Part shown: piece by piece, positions 36,641 through 51,280 of the stretch
Layout: the number at the start of each line of letters is the position of its first letter
How positions within the stretch are numbered: position 1 is the stretch's first letter
Assembly: GCA_035084275.1 (NCBI GenBank)
Contig: CM068761.1
Span: forward strand, 2,232,001 to 2,296,000
Direction of reading: 5' to 3'
Length of the DNA stretch: 64,000 nt
From: Hydrolagus colliei
Taxonomy: Eukaryota
Translations under genes and position numbers: made by a program
Notes under the pieces: model-generated
Databases searched by the model: none
Told to the model about the DNA's origin: nothing
What the model saw: the letters and a program-made list of their open reading frames with translations, nothing else

Positions 36641-38215
36641 TTAATACACTCTGAGTGCTTCACATGATGTACTTGGACTGTAAAGTATAGTGACTGTGCA
36701 TGTTGTGGGCAAGCTGTTTTGCAATGGGGAAAAAGTCTGCAGCTTTGTGTCCATAATTTACCCACTGGACAAATTCCTGATCTTGGCAGTATCAGGAACT
36801 AAGCATCTAAGTACTTCTCCAAAGGGAGAGAAGAAACATCAGAACTTGTCAGCCAGGCCACTCTGGCACATTCCTAACCACCAGATCAAGAGCCGCAATG
36901 ACTGAATCCAGGCTCTTTAGGGAACTCAGTTGTCTTCTAGGCAAGGGAAATGGGACTTGGAACAAGAAGAAAAAATAAACTGCGGAATCCTTGATGTTCC
37001 TCAGTCCATATTCTTCACTGTCTTCAGGTCCCATTTGCACACATCTGTAAGAAATGATGAAACGGGTTGCCAAGTATCATCCAAATTTTCGTAAGTGCTT
37101 CATCAAACACTGGATCCTTTTTTTCAGACTTGGCACACTGGGAGCGATCAGAGTATAAACGTAACCAGACATTAAAAAAAATGCTGTTCTGCTTCCGCCT
37201 TAATTATTAATATTGCCCCTTCTGTTTCAGCAGAAAGATGAAGGGCTAGAGATGCAAGTATAAACACACATATTTCTCAAAATCTGGCAAGTTGCTTTGC
37301 TTTTCATCTCTCTCTCTCTCTCAAACTATATACAGTAGCTACTTGCCCCTGGTTAGCTGGCGAGTTTCCCCACCCCAGTACGTCTGATCTCCTGCCAACA
37401 GTTTGGATTCATCTACTCTCACCTCGGGATGATCTATCTTTTCCCTTGCCCCAACCACATGAGTCCAAACATTTCCTCCCAGCACGTTTGCACTCAAATC
37501 GAGCATTCTTCGTGTGAGTTAAAACATCCAACTGAGAGCGAGACTGCCTTGCAAACTTATTCGAACCAACAGAGTGGGCAGAAGCATTTACCTGAGCCAT
37601 CAAATTTCAAATGCCATACACAGTGCGCCTTGGCTACCTTGCCTGTGTTGTTTTATTTGTGTCTTGTTATTTTCTTTTCATCTGGTCCTAATCACACAGG
37701 TACATTTTATCTAAAATAGTTAGGTTTCCGTGGCTCAGGTGGTAGATTTGGTCTTAAAAGGCAGGCGTAGAAGTGCATTTATGATGGCGTGTCGATATGT
37801 TTGAGTAGAATACTGCGTACTGTTTTACCACTGTATTAATAGAAAGGTTATACAATATAATAATGGAAACGTTTGCATTCAATAGGATGTACTTTGGTGC
37901 TATCTAATGTACAGTAGTACAAAAAACAATACTTTACTTTAACAGTATTGTGCAGGGTATGCTTGTGATTTTGCTACAATTTTAATGAGCAGGTAACTAT
38001 GCAGCCTGTGCAAAGATACTTTGGCAGAATCAACCCATAATTCATTCAATAATTTGCAATGGGAATTGCACTGAATATTGATTCATCAGTAAATTGGCTT
38101 GTTCCGCAGCCACCGAGCAGCAGCTGATAAATTTAGCTGATTTCATTACTCACATGACATATAGTACCAGGCGTGAGGAACTTGGAAGCGGTTGGTTAAG
38201 GTTGTGTAATGTGAA

Positions 38216-38345
38216 AATAATAATAATAATAATAACCCTTGCATTTGATATAGCGCTTTTCACATCCGCTTGACGCCTCAAAGTGCTTTACGGAATACGG
38301 AATATACTGTTAAGTGAACTGACTATATATTTGTGGGTGAAAATG
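38216..38345 (-). mobile_element. SINE 3' fragment
   Basis: (TAA)n CCCTTGCATTTGATATAGCGCTTTTCAC...ATTTGTGGGTGAAA. Confidence 0.88.
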
Positions 38346-41032
38346 TAGAGTTCATGAGAAGCTACAGTTGTATTTTTCTGTTTTTCTCTCGTTTCCGTGG
38401 AGTTAGAAATGCATTATTTTTAGGCTATTTTTCAGTCGTGTTCCATGTTTCGTGCTGTAGAAACCACAAAACCACATGGTGAGGGGATCACAAACCACCA
38501 CCCAAGGCCCAAATAACATCCTGTTCATATTTCGGTTGTTCAATGAAATTCCTGATACAGAACAAATGGTTTATTAACTCAGTGGCATGGATTCCCAGTG
38601 GGATGTTTGGTTAATTCTTTAATTCTGGAAGTTGTAATACCATTGCATTGTTTTTATAAAAAGGAGATTAAGCAAGAGTTGTTCATTATTTCTGTTCCCC
38701 CTCCCATTACCCACCTTGTAAATGGGCTTGTAAGGGTAATAACATCAGAGTTTTTTTTGTTGCAGGCTTTGTCTGTTCTGACAAGATTCTTCAGCTAGCA
38801 GCTACATTATACCTTAAGGAAAAATGTGTATGAATTAGCTCATAGACAGATCAATAAATCCTAGCATATTACAGGAAATAGCTGGTCTGGCGAAATGTAG
38901 TATTACACTATACATAAGAATGTTTCTGCCTTGGTGGCTATGAGACCCATACAGTGCAGAAGTGAAAGGAAATTTCCGTAACCCCACCAATTCACGTGGT
39001 ATCCCTCTTCAGAATGTCTTTAAAGACTTCTGATGGTTTTTTAAGTAGCGTGCTAAAACAATTTGCAATTCAACTGTGACTTATCTTGCACACAATATAT
39101 CCAGTGGAGAAATGCAATGTTCATTTCAGAAGTTCGGGTGGACAGTAAAGGTAGATAGCTTACTGATCCAGGGTATACAGAGCACCTTTTAATTTTATTG
39201 CTTCTTATTCTCTCTCACCCCTCCTCCCGATGGACTGTGTGTTACAGTGAGGTAATGCATAAAATCACAGACAGAGCACTCAACCGATGACATCAACCAT
39301 TGAATTGCTTTGCATGAAGATGCATTTTTGCAGTAAATTGATGGTAGGTCTCTGCTGTGCACTGATACCTTCTGGGAGCTGAGAGCCATCAGCATATGTC
39401 AGAGAACGAGTGGCAGAAAATACATTTATTCCTTCTGTTTAGATTGAAAATCAATCCATTTAATGGAGTTAATAAGACTCGGCTCAAACAACTGGTGGTC
39501 TTAGATTTGTGGTTTAAAATGATTTTAACTCAGTTTTAATGTGCCAACACAAATCTTGAAATATCTAAAGGGAACTCGGTTTAGTTTATAAAAGATTGTA
39601 CAATAATATACAGTTTGGAATCCGCTTTAACTGTGTGGCTTAATAACGTCTTTATCATTGATTGTTCTAAACCTTTTAACCTTTTATTGCTTATGGTATG
39701 GAATGTATTGCATTTTATTCATAAGAGTAATCTAGCCTTGGACAAAGTGTGAGTTAAACTTTTAGATTGTGTTTTGGACCAGTCTATGAGGTGTGTAATG
39801 AAAAGCTCAGTCAAGATGGATGAAAAAACTCTGTGGTTAGCTGCGCAGCCTCTAGCATTAATCACGGTGGCGTCAGATTAACAGTACTAAATGTCATCTT
39901 ATTCTGAATCAATACAGCAATGATTATTTTTTATTATATACAACTTTGAGGTGATTCCTAGCCACATTCCATTTCGAGTGAGTCCACTTGAAATATTTTA
40001 ATCATTGCTATAAATATTTCCTCTGGCAAAAAAAAAATAAGAAGAAAGGAAAGAGTGTTATGTTATTAATTTTACAACCTATTTCGTTCTGTCTTGCAGG
40101 CATTGTTGTTGTGTTGGATAACTCCCACTAAAGACTGATTACATTTAGTGATTGGATACGATATGTAGAAGGGGCTGTGTGGGAATTGCCGGAGCACAGA
40201 GCTAACTCTTTGTTTGTTCGGAACTCTAGTTAATAGTTTGACGTAAATCGCACCATTTTCTACAAATACATCTTCCTTTCTGAGAATGGGGGTGAATGTC
40301 ATTCTGGAGACTGGAAACCTCTGTGCCTTTGGACTGAATGGATTTTCCCACATCTTCGCATACCACTGTATTGGCACAGGGCCTTCCAAGCCATCTCTAA
40401 GGTTGTAATGCAGAATAAAGCTCCCTCTGTAACTACAACTGTTATTACACTAACAATGGGAGAGACATTCCTTCTGCCACGAAGTGTAGAGACCTGGAAC
40501 CCGTGTTTATTGATTATAAAAATATCTGCCGCACACAGCAACAAACCAGAATAGTGCCCCCATTGTGCTTAACTCTAATCGGAGAGACCATCTCCTGCTC
40601 AACTGCTGCCTGACATTTCCATTTCTCACGTTGGCTTCGCTGTGGCCTCTCTTAAGTAAGACTGCCAATTAGTGCCGAACTGTAGGCAGTTTGCGCTGCG
40701 GACTTGCCCGCTGGGAAATGACTCCTTGAAATGGAACCAGCAGAGACGAAACCTTTGCTTCAAGGGGCTCAGAGATGAAACAAATAGATTACAAGCCAAT
40801 ATGCGACCCCATTTCTCACAGTTTTCTTTAATAGCAAAGCACAATAGGATTTTGTATTCGGTAGGTACACACTAGAAAGTGGAGCCTTTAATCAGAATTT
40901 CTTCCAGACTAACTGTCGAATTACTGAATGTGTTTGTCAGTGGCTCGATTGTCCTACTGCAGTTGGGGGCAACCATGGGATTGGTTTGATATTAATCATG
41001 AAAATCGAAATCAGCGTGTCATTGCTGACTGT

Positions 41033-41361
41033 GGAGCTCCTGTAGCTCAGTGGTTAGAGCACTTGCCTTACAAGCGTGAGACCTGTATTCAAATCCAGGC
41101 AGGTCAGGGCGAAACCTTGGGCAAGTTTTCTTACTCCACACACACACACACACACACACCTAATAATAATCCCTCCAAAAACACCACAATAATAAATTTG
41201 GTCATTTCAATCCACGACTGTTTGTGGGGACAATGCTGTGCGCAATTGGCTGCCGCATTTCACCCATGTATATGCAGTCAATTCACTTTACAGTGTTTTC
41301 TGTGAAGCGCTTTGAGACGTCTAGAAGCTATATCATATTCAAGGATGATTATTATTATTAT
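41033..41361 (+). mobile_element. tRNA-derived SINE, full length
   Basis: A and B boxes, internal (CA)n, body and tail. Confidence 0.93.
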
Positions 41362-44300
41362 ATAAGAGGACTGTGCCGTTACTGACTGAAAGTTCACATT
41401 TGGGACAACGGCAATTTATATTCAGTGGGAATTTTCAAGGAATTTGCGTTTTTTCAGGCTTACGTACAGATTTCACCGTGGTTCCAAAAATAACCTTAAA
41501 TTGAAAAAATATTTTATTTCCCTTTCATTCCTGAACCGTCGTAAAGTTTGTTTTGAGTCAGCGGTGTACAGTAAACTCTTGAGTTCATTACCATCTGGTA
41601 CTGTGCTGCACATGTATTTATCCACGTTAAAGGGGCACAGTCTTGCAACAGACCTTTTTATTATTTGGGAAGGAGATTAGCACAGAGAGCTTGTGAAGAT
41701 TACTGTGTTGTGCCACAGGCAAATGTCCCAATTTGAAAAAAAAACACTGAAAAACACTGAAAAAAAAACATTGACGTTATTTTTGCAAACAACCAAAAAA
41801 AAGGGTTTGCGAAGCATTCAAAAGAAGTTGATGCCTCTAAAATCCTGAACGTATAGAAATTATGTTCATCGCATCAGAATAACCAGTATTTGAGGGCAGG
41901 GCGAGTTAAGGTAGCATTGGAAGGGCCAGTGTTAATTTTCGCAGTGTATCAAGTCCAAAGAGCCAGACAACAGATGTCTCATGGAGATGGTAACCTCTCT
42001 ACATACAAATAATTTCCGGTGTTTATGTGGTGTAGAAGTGCCTAAACATACGCCTCCCTGTTTTTATGTCCGGTGTTATTATGAGGGATTTAAAAGAGAG
42101 AGTATCGGAGATTGGGGCATGGTGGCTGAAGGCTAATGGTGGGACAGAATGAGTGAGGAACAAGCAATTGAACAGTGTATGAGTAGGAGAAAGAGCTGGA
42201 GAAATGATTTCGGGCGAGGCATGATTGTGAAGAGAGTTGTGGGTACGCTGAGCCAGTGAGAATGAGATTAACGTGTTTGCAGAGCCTGTGGTGTGGCAGA
42301 GGACTGTGGCAGAGGCTAATAAATGTTGGGAGTTATGAAGGAACTTACATGACCGAACTGAAAATTATGGAGGTGCTATGTTTAAAACCGTTGAACCCAT
42401 TCAGCCGAGGGGGGTGGCTGAGTGTCACTGAGCAAACGTGTATCCTTGGGAGATGGGGAAAAAAATGAAGATTCTGGAAAGTAAAACCTTCAGGAACCTC
42501 GTCTCTAGATTTTAGTGGTTAAAATACCTTGTTGAGTTGACGAAAATAGTTCTTCGTTACCCCAAAGGCAAGTCCATTTTGATTAAGTCTCGCTTTTCCC
42601 AGGCGTATCGGGTCTCCTGCTTTTAGTGTCTAAATCTGGCAAGAGAGGCTGATATGGGGGATAGAACGGTGTGATTTCCATCTGTCTTGCTACATTTCCC
42701 CGAAACGTAGAGGAATTACAATGGGCATTAGCATGTGCTGGCAGTGCGAAAGGTATGTGTAGTGCGTAGAGCATGTGTGCACACCATATGGAAACTGGAC
42801 AGGCTTGCATTCAGTACACGGAAACTGGCCAGTGCACAGGGAACGATATGGCTGAGTGTGCACATGCACTGTGAAGCTGGCTATCCGGCTCTGGCTCACC
42901 AGAATTTTATGGATCCCAATCACCACATTATAACTATACAGGACAATATAACCATAAGAAAATACAGGCGATGTCTCTTTTTCAAAAAATCTAACATTTT
43001 TGTAGTCATTCAGTCATTCAGAGAAATAAGTTTGAGATGTATTCAGTTGTCACTTGAACGTACAGTGTATTCCAATCGCGCCCCCCCCCCCCCCCCCCCC
43101 CCCGGCCGCCTCATAAATCTTTTCAAGCCCATTGTACACATCTGAAGTCTTATTTGATTGGGATTATTCAAATAATTGGATGAAATGCTCTTGAAAAACC
43201 CCCAATATCAACGCAAGTTGCTGTTGTTGTCCCTGGAAAAGGTGATGTAAATCAGAGTAAGAAGGAAAGCGCATAAAAGTTAGATTGGGGAACACTGGGG
43301 AGCGTGAGATCTTGGTGTTTTGGTCTGAGTGCCTGATCACATCTGCCTATTGAGTCATTCCACTTTGGCCCGTGCGCTTTTTCTAGAACAAAACCTTTCC
43401 AATGAGAAGAACCGAAAATTAGCACTCGGATATGTATTACACAGTAACAACTGTTGTAGGGTGAATGAATTATCGTCGAGTCGAATAACATCTGTAAAGA
43501 ATTAACTGTATTCCATCAATCTTGTTTGTTCATTATATTGTATGTAATCAATCCAGTGTATAACTCCAAGCAAGTTTTATAATTTGGGGGTAAATTCTCT
43601 ACAAGTCACACCTGGTATGCAATCTGTATTTAAAGGACATATAAAAGCCCCACTGGAATCTAAACCTGATACAGTGAGTCTTTTTTGTTGGCTATTTGCT
43701 TCCTCCCACGTCTATTTCCTTTGTACCTAGCACCAAAAACTACTGACTCGAACATGATTCGATTGTCCCATCTCTGCTGAGTTGTTCACGTGAGTCTAGA
43801 CAGTGAGTATCAGCGAGTTAATTTCAATGCGGGGACCCGAAGTTCTACATCCTGTTAATGCTTGAGTGCTTAATTGTCTTGAAGCGCTCTGGGACGCTAC
43901 CCTGTAAAAAGGCACCATATCAATGCAAGTTGTTGTTTAAATTGAAGATTGTGCAGAATTGTGGAAGATTCTTAAATTCAGTCAAAATTCAGTCAAAGAC
44001 AACAAATAATAATATGTATATAATGTGTGCATTTATATAGTATCTTTGATGTTGGGGGTAGCCATTACTGAACCATACTGGTTCCAAATTAGACAGGATT
44101 GAAGAATTTTCATAGAATTCGGCAGGATACTAAATTTTAAATTAAAATAAATCTGCATCCTCTAGCAGAAGTCACTGATTTTCATGCCCCAATACAGAGG
44201 GTTCCAAAGGCCAATTTCTGTCCCAAATAAGGTCGCCCAAATGAGCACAAGACTTGAGAATTATACCTTTAGCCATTCTAGTGTGTATGATTCAGTATCA

Positions 44301-46620
44301 CAGCAAGAAGTGCCATTATCCACTGGGTCATCAGTGGAGCTTATTACTGTACTATGTTCCATATTGCGGTTACGTTCCATTGAAAGACTTCTGATTTATC
44401 CAGAGCTCCTGACACTGCTGTGAAATTTAACCCATTTATACTGCGGGCAGTTTTTAACAGCACTGTCAACGGCATACAAACACACGCAAGATTGTATATG
44501 CCCACATTTGTGAACGGGCTTTCACAAATGGCTTCCAGCTTTATGTTTGCCACTCTTTCATGGTGTCCTGGCATCCTGAGTATGTGACATGCCGACATCT
44601 AGAAAGAAGGTGGTAGGTAGTCAGAGACACATTGATATACCGTTGCTCTGATGCTGCTTTTGTTCTGAAGGGAGGGAGAAAGTCTTGTGGCAAAAGCATT
44701 GCCTGAAGGTAAATTTGGCATGAGTGCCAAATCAAGAAATTCGTCACAAAACAATTGAATGCAAACTAGTTGCTCTTGGGCTTTGATAATTGCGTTGCTT
44801 CTGGTGCAAATCTCTCATCGTGGTTTCAAAATTACATTTAGGAGCTGCAATGAATAATAGATATTTATGCAATGTGTTGTAGGTTTCTTTTATTTTCTGC
44901 CCGTGCGAGCTTGGGTTTGAGGAGTTAGGTGGGAGTGAGATTTATTCACAGAAGAATAGGGGCAGAATAGGGTTCCGGCGCCCGTACGGTTGGCCTGCGC
45001 GGTTGTGCAAAGTGAGCTGTGTGACGTTCGTAGTTCCCAACGCAAGCGTACGGTTGATTCCTTATAACAAAACATCACGTAAATATTTAGAGTAAATAAA
45101 TACCAGGGCCTGAATGAAACATAAACAGTTACGTAAAGAAAAATTCATGAAAAACAGACCCATTTGGTCTTTCTAGCTGCTTTCCTTGTGTCTGGGCTCA
45201 TTTAAAAAAACAAAATCTGCACTCATGCCCTTGTTAACCGTACATTAGGGTTGCAATTCTTGCTTGATTCATGCTGCCTTTGTGTTGAATGGTGAAGGCG
45301 CAGGCTGTTTGGCGGCAAATACCATTTGATTCCATGCCCAGTTTCATCCTTTTAGAGATCCCACCACAACAATGAATCCGTTTTCTATAGCGTCCTTTTA
45401 TTGCAGAGTAACGCCTCCTAGTGTTTGACAGAAGTGGGCACAGGTGGTGAGCGGGGGTGGGGGGGTGGGTGGGGGGTGAGGGAGAGCTGGGTTTGGTGGT
45501 GGGGGTGGTGGAGTGGGGGTCGGAGGGGCAGTGACCGCAGGCATAGTCGAAAAAGTAGGTTTTAAAGTTGGACGTGAAGAGAGAGAATCATACAATGGCC
45601 GTTTGTGGGATATTCCCGTGCACAAATGTAGCACTCGCATTTGTCCACAAACTCGAACACAAGGTCACACTGCACGTTACAGTGGAAACCTTCCCATGAA
45701 AAGCTTTGGGATGTCCTGCCGCCCTGAAAGGCACTCTACCAAATATAAGGCTTATCACTTACCGCAAGCAGTTTTACAGACGTCAGGAGAAATCCCGTCT
45801 GCGCACTCCTCTTTTTCAAACATTGCGTGTACTTTACTTGAACTGGCGTACTACGCTTTCTATAATGTGCTCCCAACAAATTGTACAGCAAAAATAGTTT
45901 TAATAGTCTGCAGAGCGCAGACCAGAGGAATCTGACTCGCTAACCAGCAATGAGAGAGGGCTTTTTTGTTTTTTGTTTTTTTTGCTGATGAAAAGCATAA
46001 TTTGACTATGAATCAGTGAAACGTGCCTGTCAGTGTTTCCGTTTTCCACACACAGTGGTTTGAACGCATTGCTGGAATATGAAGGACGAGACAGCTTGAC
46101 TTTCAATGAAATGTTTCGGTGACTGTTGCTCATTAAAAGTATCACATGTGAATATTGGAGCTGTCTGTCTGCCCCGGCGCACCACTTTCTACCGCAGCCC
46201 ACAATCCTCAACCAACAGAAACATCTGTCTTGTTTCCATCCATGAAGATTAAACCTCGGGCACTGCTATTTATATTATATACAGCCTCGCTGATCAGAGA
46301 GGCATCTAATCTGAAGACCTCTTTTATGCTTTGAAGGAACATTTACAATATTAATTCAACTACGACTAAAAAAAATGCCAGGTACAGTGCATCTCTTCCC
46401 TCCCGTCTTTTGTGGTTGGATATAGTTCAGACCATCCTGTTATCTAGCAGGATTTTCCATTCCCTAAGAGGGTGGGACCTTAACTTAGTAAAGACAAGTC
46501 TGTTACGCTGATTGCTCTGGTTGAAACTAGCCAACATTTTTTTTTTAATCTTTATAACGGGAATCGAAATGGCTATGAAATGGCCCGCCTTTGCTGGCCA
46601 GCTATTTGTACAAGTATTTA

Positions 46621-46846
46621 CTACGACAACAGCAACTTGCGTTTATATAGCGCCTTCCCTCCACGCCAGACGGCGTCTCAGAGCGCTTCACAATAGCAGA
46701 GCCCGAGGCCGAGCCAGGGGGAGGGGGAAGGTGACCCGGTCTAACGGAAAGGTCCTCGGGCGCGACCTGAAGATGGGAAAGGAGGGGCTGAGGTGAAGGG
46801 ATCGAGGGAGGGAGTTCCAGAGTGTCGGGCTGTAGTGGCTGAAGAA
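46621..46846 (-). mobile_element. L2 3' end fragment
   Basis: CAACAGCAACTTGCGTTTATATAGCGCC...CGGCGTCTCAGAGCGCTTCAC...GGGAGTTCCAGAG...TAGTGGCTGAAG. Confidence 0.88.
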
Positions 46847-46984
46847 AATTGGCTGCTGCGTTTCGCCCACAAATAGACAGTCAATTCACTTTGCGGTACA
46901 TTCCGTGAAGCGCTCTGAGACGTCGATAAGATGTGAAATGCGCTATATCAAATGCAAGGATTATTATAATTATTATTATTATTT
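46847..46984 (+). mobile_element. SINE 3' half fused directly to the L2 fragment
   Basis: AATTGGCTGCTGCGTTTCGCCCAC...CAAATGCAAGGATTATT. Confidence 0.9.
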
Positions 46985-47793
46985 GCACGCTGCTGCAGTT
47001 TCAAGAAAAAGCCACAGCGCCTATGACAGTGCAACCCAGGCCGTTTTGCTGACTGAAATATCACATCCCTCCCCAAACGTCAGCCTGATGTTCAGTGTCA
47101 GGCACTGATCGGTCTCGCCGCGTACGTTTTCTGTTTTAATTTGAAATTTCCAGCCTTTTCTGGCGTTTTCTTTTCATCTCATTAAACCAGCCAATGCCTC
47201 CTAATTTGTTGTCTTTAGAATCCCTTTGAACGCTGGTGGAAACGGCCCCGGCTGAGTGCAATTTCCCGTCCCAGCTGAACATGACAAATGCATTAGCACT
47301 GTTAGAAGGAGCGATAATGATGGCTGACACCGCTAACTCCCCCCTCCCCGTATAAAACATGTCCTTTCCTTCTGAGATGACAGCCGAAACGTGTTGGCAT
47401 TTTCATTTTTCCCATCAATTACGAGGACAGTGCGGGTGATGTACAGGATTTTTGGGGGAGAAAGCTCTGCTTTGTTCCTTTCACCAAGAAAGGTGAGCAC
47501 AGTTGAGCGGAGGATTGAATACCACACGGTGACATTAGTCGCGTAAACGTGGAACTTTTAATTGATGATTTTCGAATTCCCGAAACTAGTTTTTAAAAAG
47601 GAAAACGCAATACCTTCAAGGAGGAAAAAGCGGGTCGATTTTCCAGGCATAAATTAAATACCACGCAGTCAGTCAGTCAGTCAGTCAGTTGTCAATGGAA
47701 AGGATCATTCATTTCAAATGCTGATTTGGTGGGAGTTTCATCCAGCAGAGTGTGGGCTCCCTGCTTACTGAAACACGAGTGATTATTATCTAT

Positions 47794-47909
47794 GTTTTGC
47801 CCACAAATATACAGTCAATTCACTTTACAGTGTATTCTGTGTTGCGCTTTGAGAGGTCTAGAAGATGTGAAAAGCGCTGTATCAAAAAATGCAAGGGTTA
47901 TTATATTAT
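47794..47909 (+). mobile_element. SINE 3' fragment
   Basis: TTTGCCCACAAATATACAGTCAATTCAC...TGCAAGGGTTATTA. Confidence 0.88.
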
Positions 47910-48619
47910 GACATGAGACATTACAGTCCGCAGCGGGAGAGAATACCATTAATAAATGAAAGAAAGGTTTTGAACATTACAGTACTGTATATGAATGCAT
48001 TACATTCTTTATTGTATATTGCATTCCACTTCATTTTCAGCAGCCTCAGGGAGATGTCCACTTTCTGAACTGTAAATGTCAGGATCGGAGTTCGGCGTTG
48101 AATCTTTTAGCACTTCGAGTGTTAAGACCTCGGATCTCACACTTCAAAACGGGCGACAGGTGTGGTCCAGAGAGGTTTGAACTCACTCACTGACGAACAG
48201 CTGACTCTGAACTCTGCTGCTTGAGAACAAAGTGACAAAAAGCCAATTAATGGTCGGATATATAGTGCGCAGGAGGCTGAGGAAACATGATAGGGGCCTC
48301 TGCAGAAAGACTGTGGTAGCCTTAATCACGGAAAGCCTGTTGTATGAAAAATCCTTCAGCTCAAACGCAGAATTTGTGTCGTGTAGAGGTACAAGGTTGT
48401 GTTTAATGTTGACTTACAGGTGGACAGGCCTTTAAACGACATTCAGCAGTAAATGCAGTAGAACAAGGAGAGAAATTGAAGCAGTTGCTTTCGAGTAACC
48501 AGTAGGGAATGGACTGGGCGGGTTACGGAAACCTTAGCGTGAACTATTGTGTTTGTTTCACTAATTCCTGAAGCACGTTCCACATTCTGGGAACGACTGG
48601 GAAACTGTGTTAGAAAGAG

Positions 48620-48800
48620 TCAGGAACAGGAAGAGGCCATCTGAGCCAACTTCGCTGCCGACCATTCCCCTGCCTACGTATTGCAAACTGCGCGCCTAAT
48701 CCTAGCTTCCCTGCCTTCCCTCTGAATCCCTTTAATGTATTAAATTCCCAAGTACCTCATTGTTCTCACCTCTGGCTTTCTGAGGCAGTGCCTTCCATCC
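48620..48800 (-). mobile_element. CR1-type 3' tail relic
   Basis: AGGAACAGGAAGAGGCCATCTGAGCC...TTTCTGAGGCAGTGCCTTCCA. Confidence 0.55.
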
Positions 48801-50851
48801 CAGGACAGATTAAATTGCCGCAGGGTTGATCTGACAACAACAACAACAACAACAAAATCACTCTTGTCTGGCGACTTTCACGTCAGGAGATGATTTGTGT
48901 TGCGTAGAGGCGCGGAGGTCTGACTGTATTCTGTACGCGTTTTATATTCCAAACAAAGCCTGTGAACTAAATAAGCATTGGAATCGCACCGAACTGCGGC
49001 AAATTAAGTTCTTCTGCGAATGCGGCAACGGATGAAGACTGCGTTTCTAATAATTCAGTGCTGCCTGCCCGGTAAGGATCGGGACGTATTTTCCCCGTGC
49101 TTCATGGCAGCAGGTAAGCGAGGGCTTAATGGAGGCTTTATGAGTTAGTAACGCCCTGAGGCGCTGCTCTGTATCAGAGGGGTTGCCACATACGTGCAAG
49201 TTGCTGTGTAAAATTCACCCTCACTCTGTGGTTAATATACTGTCATTGTTCGGAAGTAGTGTGGAATCGCAGAGCAGTTTGCAGAATTTCAGTGGTAAGT
49301 CACAGTAGAACTGCTGTCAGAGAGAGTGACTGATTGATTGAACGCTGTATCTCAAAGTAAATTATATATTTTTTCTTCCCCCCCCCCCACCCCTCCACCC
49401 ACCCTCTCCTCACAATTCTCGTGTTCTTTTAACAAACCAATCGTTTGGGATTGCTGGCTGTGTGGGGGCTTGATTTTGATGAATGAGATTTCTATCAAAT
49501 AATGACTCGCACTTTCACAGATAGCAGGTGCAGGGAACGGAAAATGTTCCCCAGGCCAGGCCTGTATCTACTGGATGACAACACCTCACAAATTATCACC
49601 TACAAGTTCTGTCTGCAAATGTGCGGTCACTAGACTTCACAGACACCCGTGATACAATAGAACGATCTCCCCACACTTCCCCCCCCCCCCCTCCTTCCTT
49701 CCTCTTCAGCCATTCTGGCGGTCATCTCTCTTCTTGTTGTCGTTGTTTTCTACGGTCTCACTCTGCTGCTCACTCACTCCGCGCGGAAACCTTGGGGCTG
49801 CTTGCAAGTCACCTTGACACCACTGCCTTACACGCACACGTTCCGGACTCTCTTTACTCCTCCGACTCGCCCTCTCCTCTCTCTCCGTCTTCCTTTTAAA
49901 TTCTCCCCCACTTCCCCCCCGCCCAAAACCTGAAATTTCACTCACCTCCCTCATCCCTGCTCCTTTGTTGATGCCCCCCCCCAACACAGACTCAGACATT
50001 ATCCTACTTGAAAGTGTGCTTTATAAACGCAAGCTGTTATTGGACTGGTAGTTTAGTGTGGACGCATTGCAAATATTTCTGCCTTCACGCTTATTCATTG
50101 TGAAGCAATTTTTTTAAAAAAACTAATAATAGATATATCGTACTGACAAACATTGAAAAATTTCTGAAATATTCATTAAAGAGCACAGAGGATTTCCAGC
50201 TATACTTCGTTCAGATGGAAAAGGAGGGCAGGGCAAAATCTATTATGCTGAGAAATTGTTTTAATCAGAATGTTTTCGGAAAAAAAAAAAAATGCCTTGC
50301 CGAATAAAACATTATTTTCTGTAATTCAAAACCAATTGAGTGTGGCCCTTGAATGAGTTTCTGTGAGAGAAGGGGAGTATTGATTCAGGTGCTCGGAATA
50401 CTGATGCTTTGAAGCAGCGGATTCCTTGGGGAGTTTCGAGCTCAATGGTCAAAGGGGAAAATTATTAAAATGTGAACTTGTGGGTCACAGTGAATTACTG
50501 CTTAGTTTTTCATTAGCTGGATGGAGCCGCAGTCATCGCAAGAGGTCAGATATAAACAACACACAAGATATGAATCTATCCAAACAGTCTCTGATATAGT
50601 ATCTGATACCTAGTTCCTCATCGGTCCCAGTGTAATAATTGCATTCGGACAACTGGATTTGTTCTGCGGAGTTCACTCGTATAAACGTGACATCAAAGCA
50701 GGAAGTTATTTGCGTGATGACTAACCAATGTGAGTTGTTAAAGTGGTTTCTTAAAATCATTTAAACGCGCGTAATGGAGGAGTTGCTTCACAGAGCAGAC
50801 AGCTTGCATTATACAGAATCATACTTTCAATTATAAAAAAAATATATATAC

Positions 50852-51031
50852 TAGCACAGAAGGAGGCCATTCTGCCCATTTTGCCTGCTCTGGTTCTCTG
50901 AAAGAGTTATTGCTTTAGTCCTACTCCGCTGGCTTTTCCTCTTAAATAATAATAATCCTTGCATTTGATATCGCGGTTTTCACATCTTATCAACGTCTTA
51001 TTATTATTAGGCATAAGGAAACTTGCCCAAG
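50852..51031 (-). mobile_element. CR1 tail relic (50852-50942) followed by an internally deleted SINE (50945-51031)
   Basis: GCACAGAAGGAGGCCATTCTGCCCA; then the SINE tail joined to TTATTATTAGGCATAAGGAAACTTGCCCAAG. Confidence 0.7.
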
Positions 51032-51280
51032 CTGTCGTCTGATATTAAGAGTGAGCACATATATATGCTGTAATCTGCAATTTAGAGTGTATGCGTGTTT
51101 GTGTATCTGTATGTATCTTTGTGTGTGTATGCATTTTTTAATGTACCTATCTGTGTCTACATATTTGTGTGTCTGTATGTGTACGCGTGTGTGTGTGTGT
51201 GTGTGCCTCTCTCTCTGGATAAACTAACATTAACATTGAATGCAATGTACAGTCTGATATTAATAGGGACACCTCTATAT

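Noticed and set aside
37230-37290. Possible exon after TTCTGTTTCAG
   Set aside because: Stop codons in the frames compatible with exon 1 and no good donor; a non-coding exon cannot be excluded.
47372-47400. Penelope-like CTGAGATG...GCCGAAACGTGTTGG
   Set aside because: The core lacks a base of CTGANGA and there is no supporting flanking homology.
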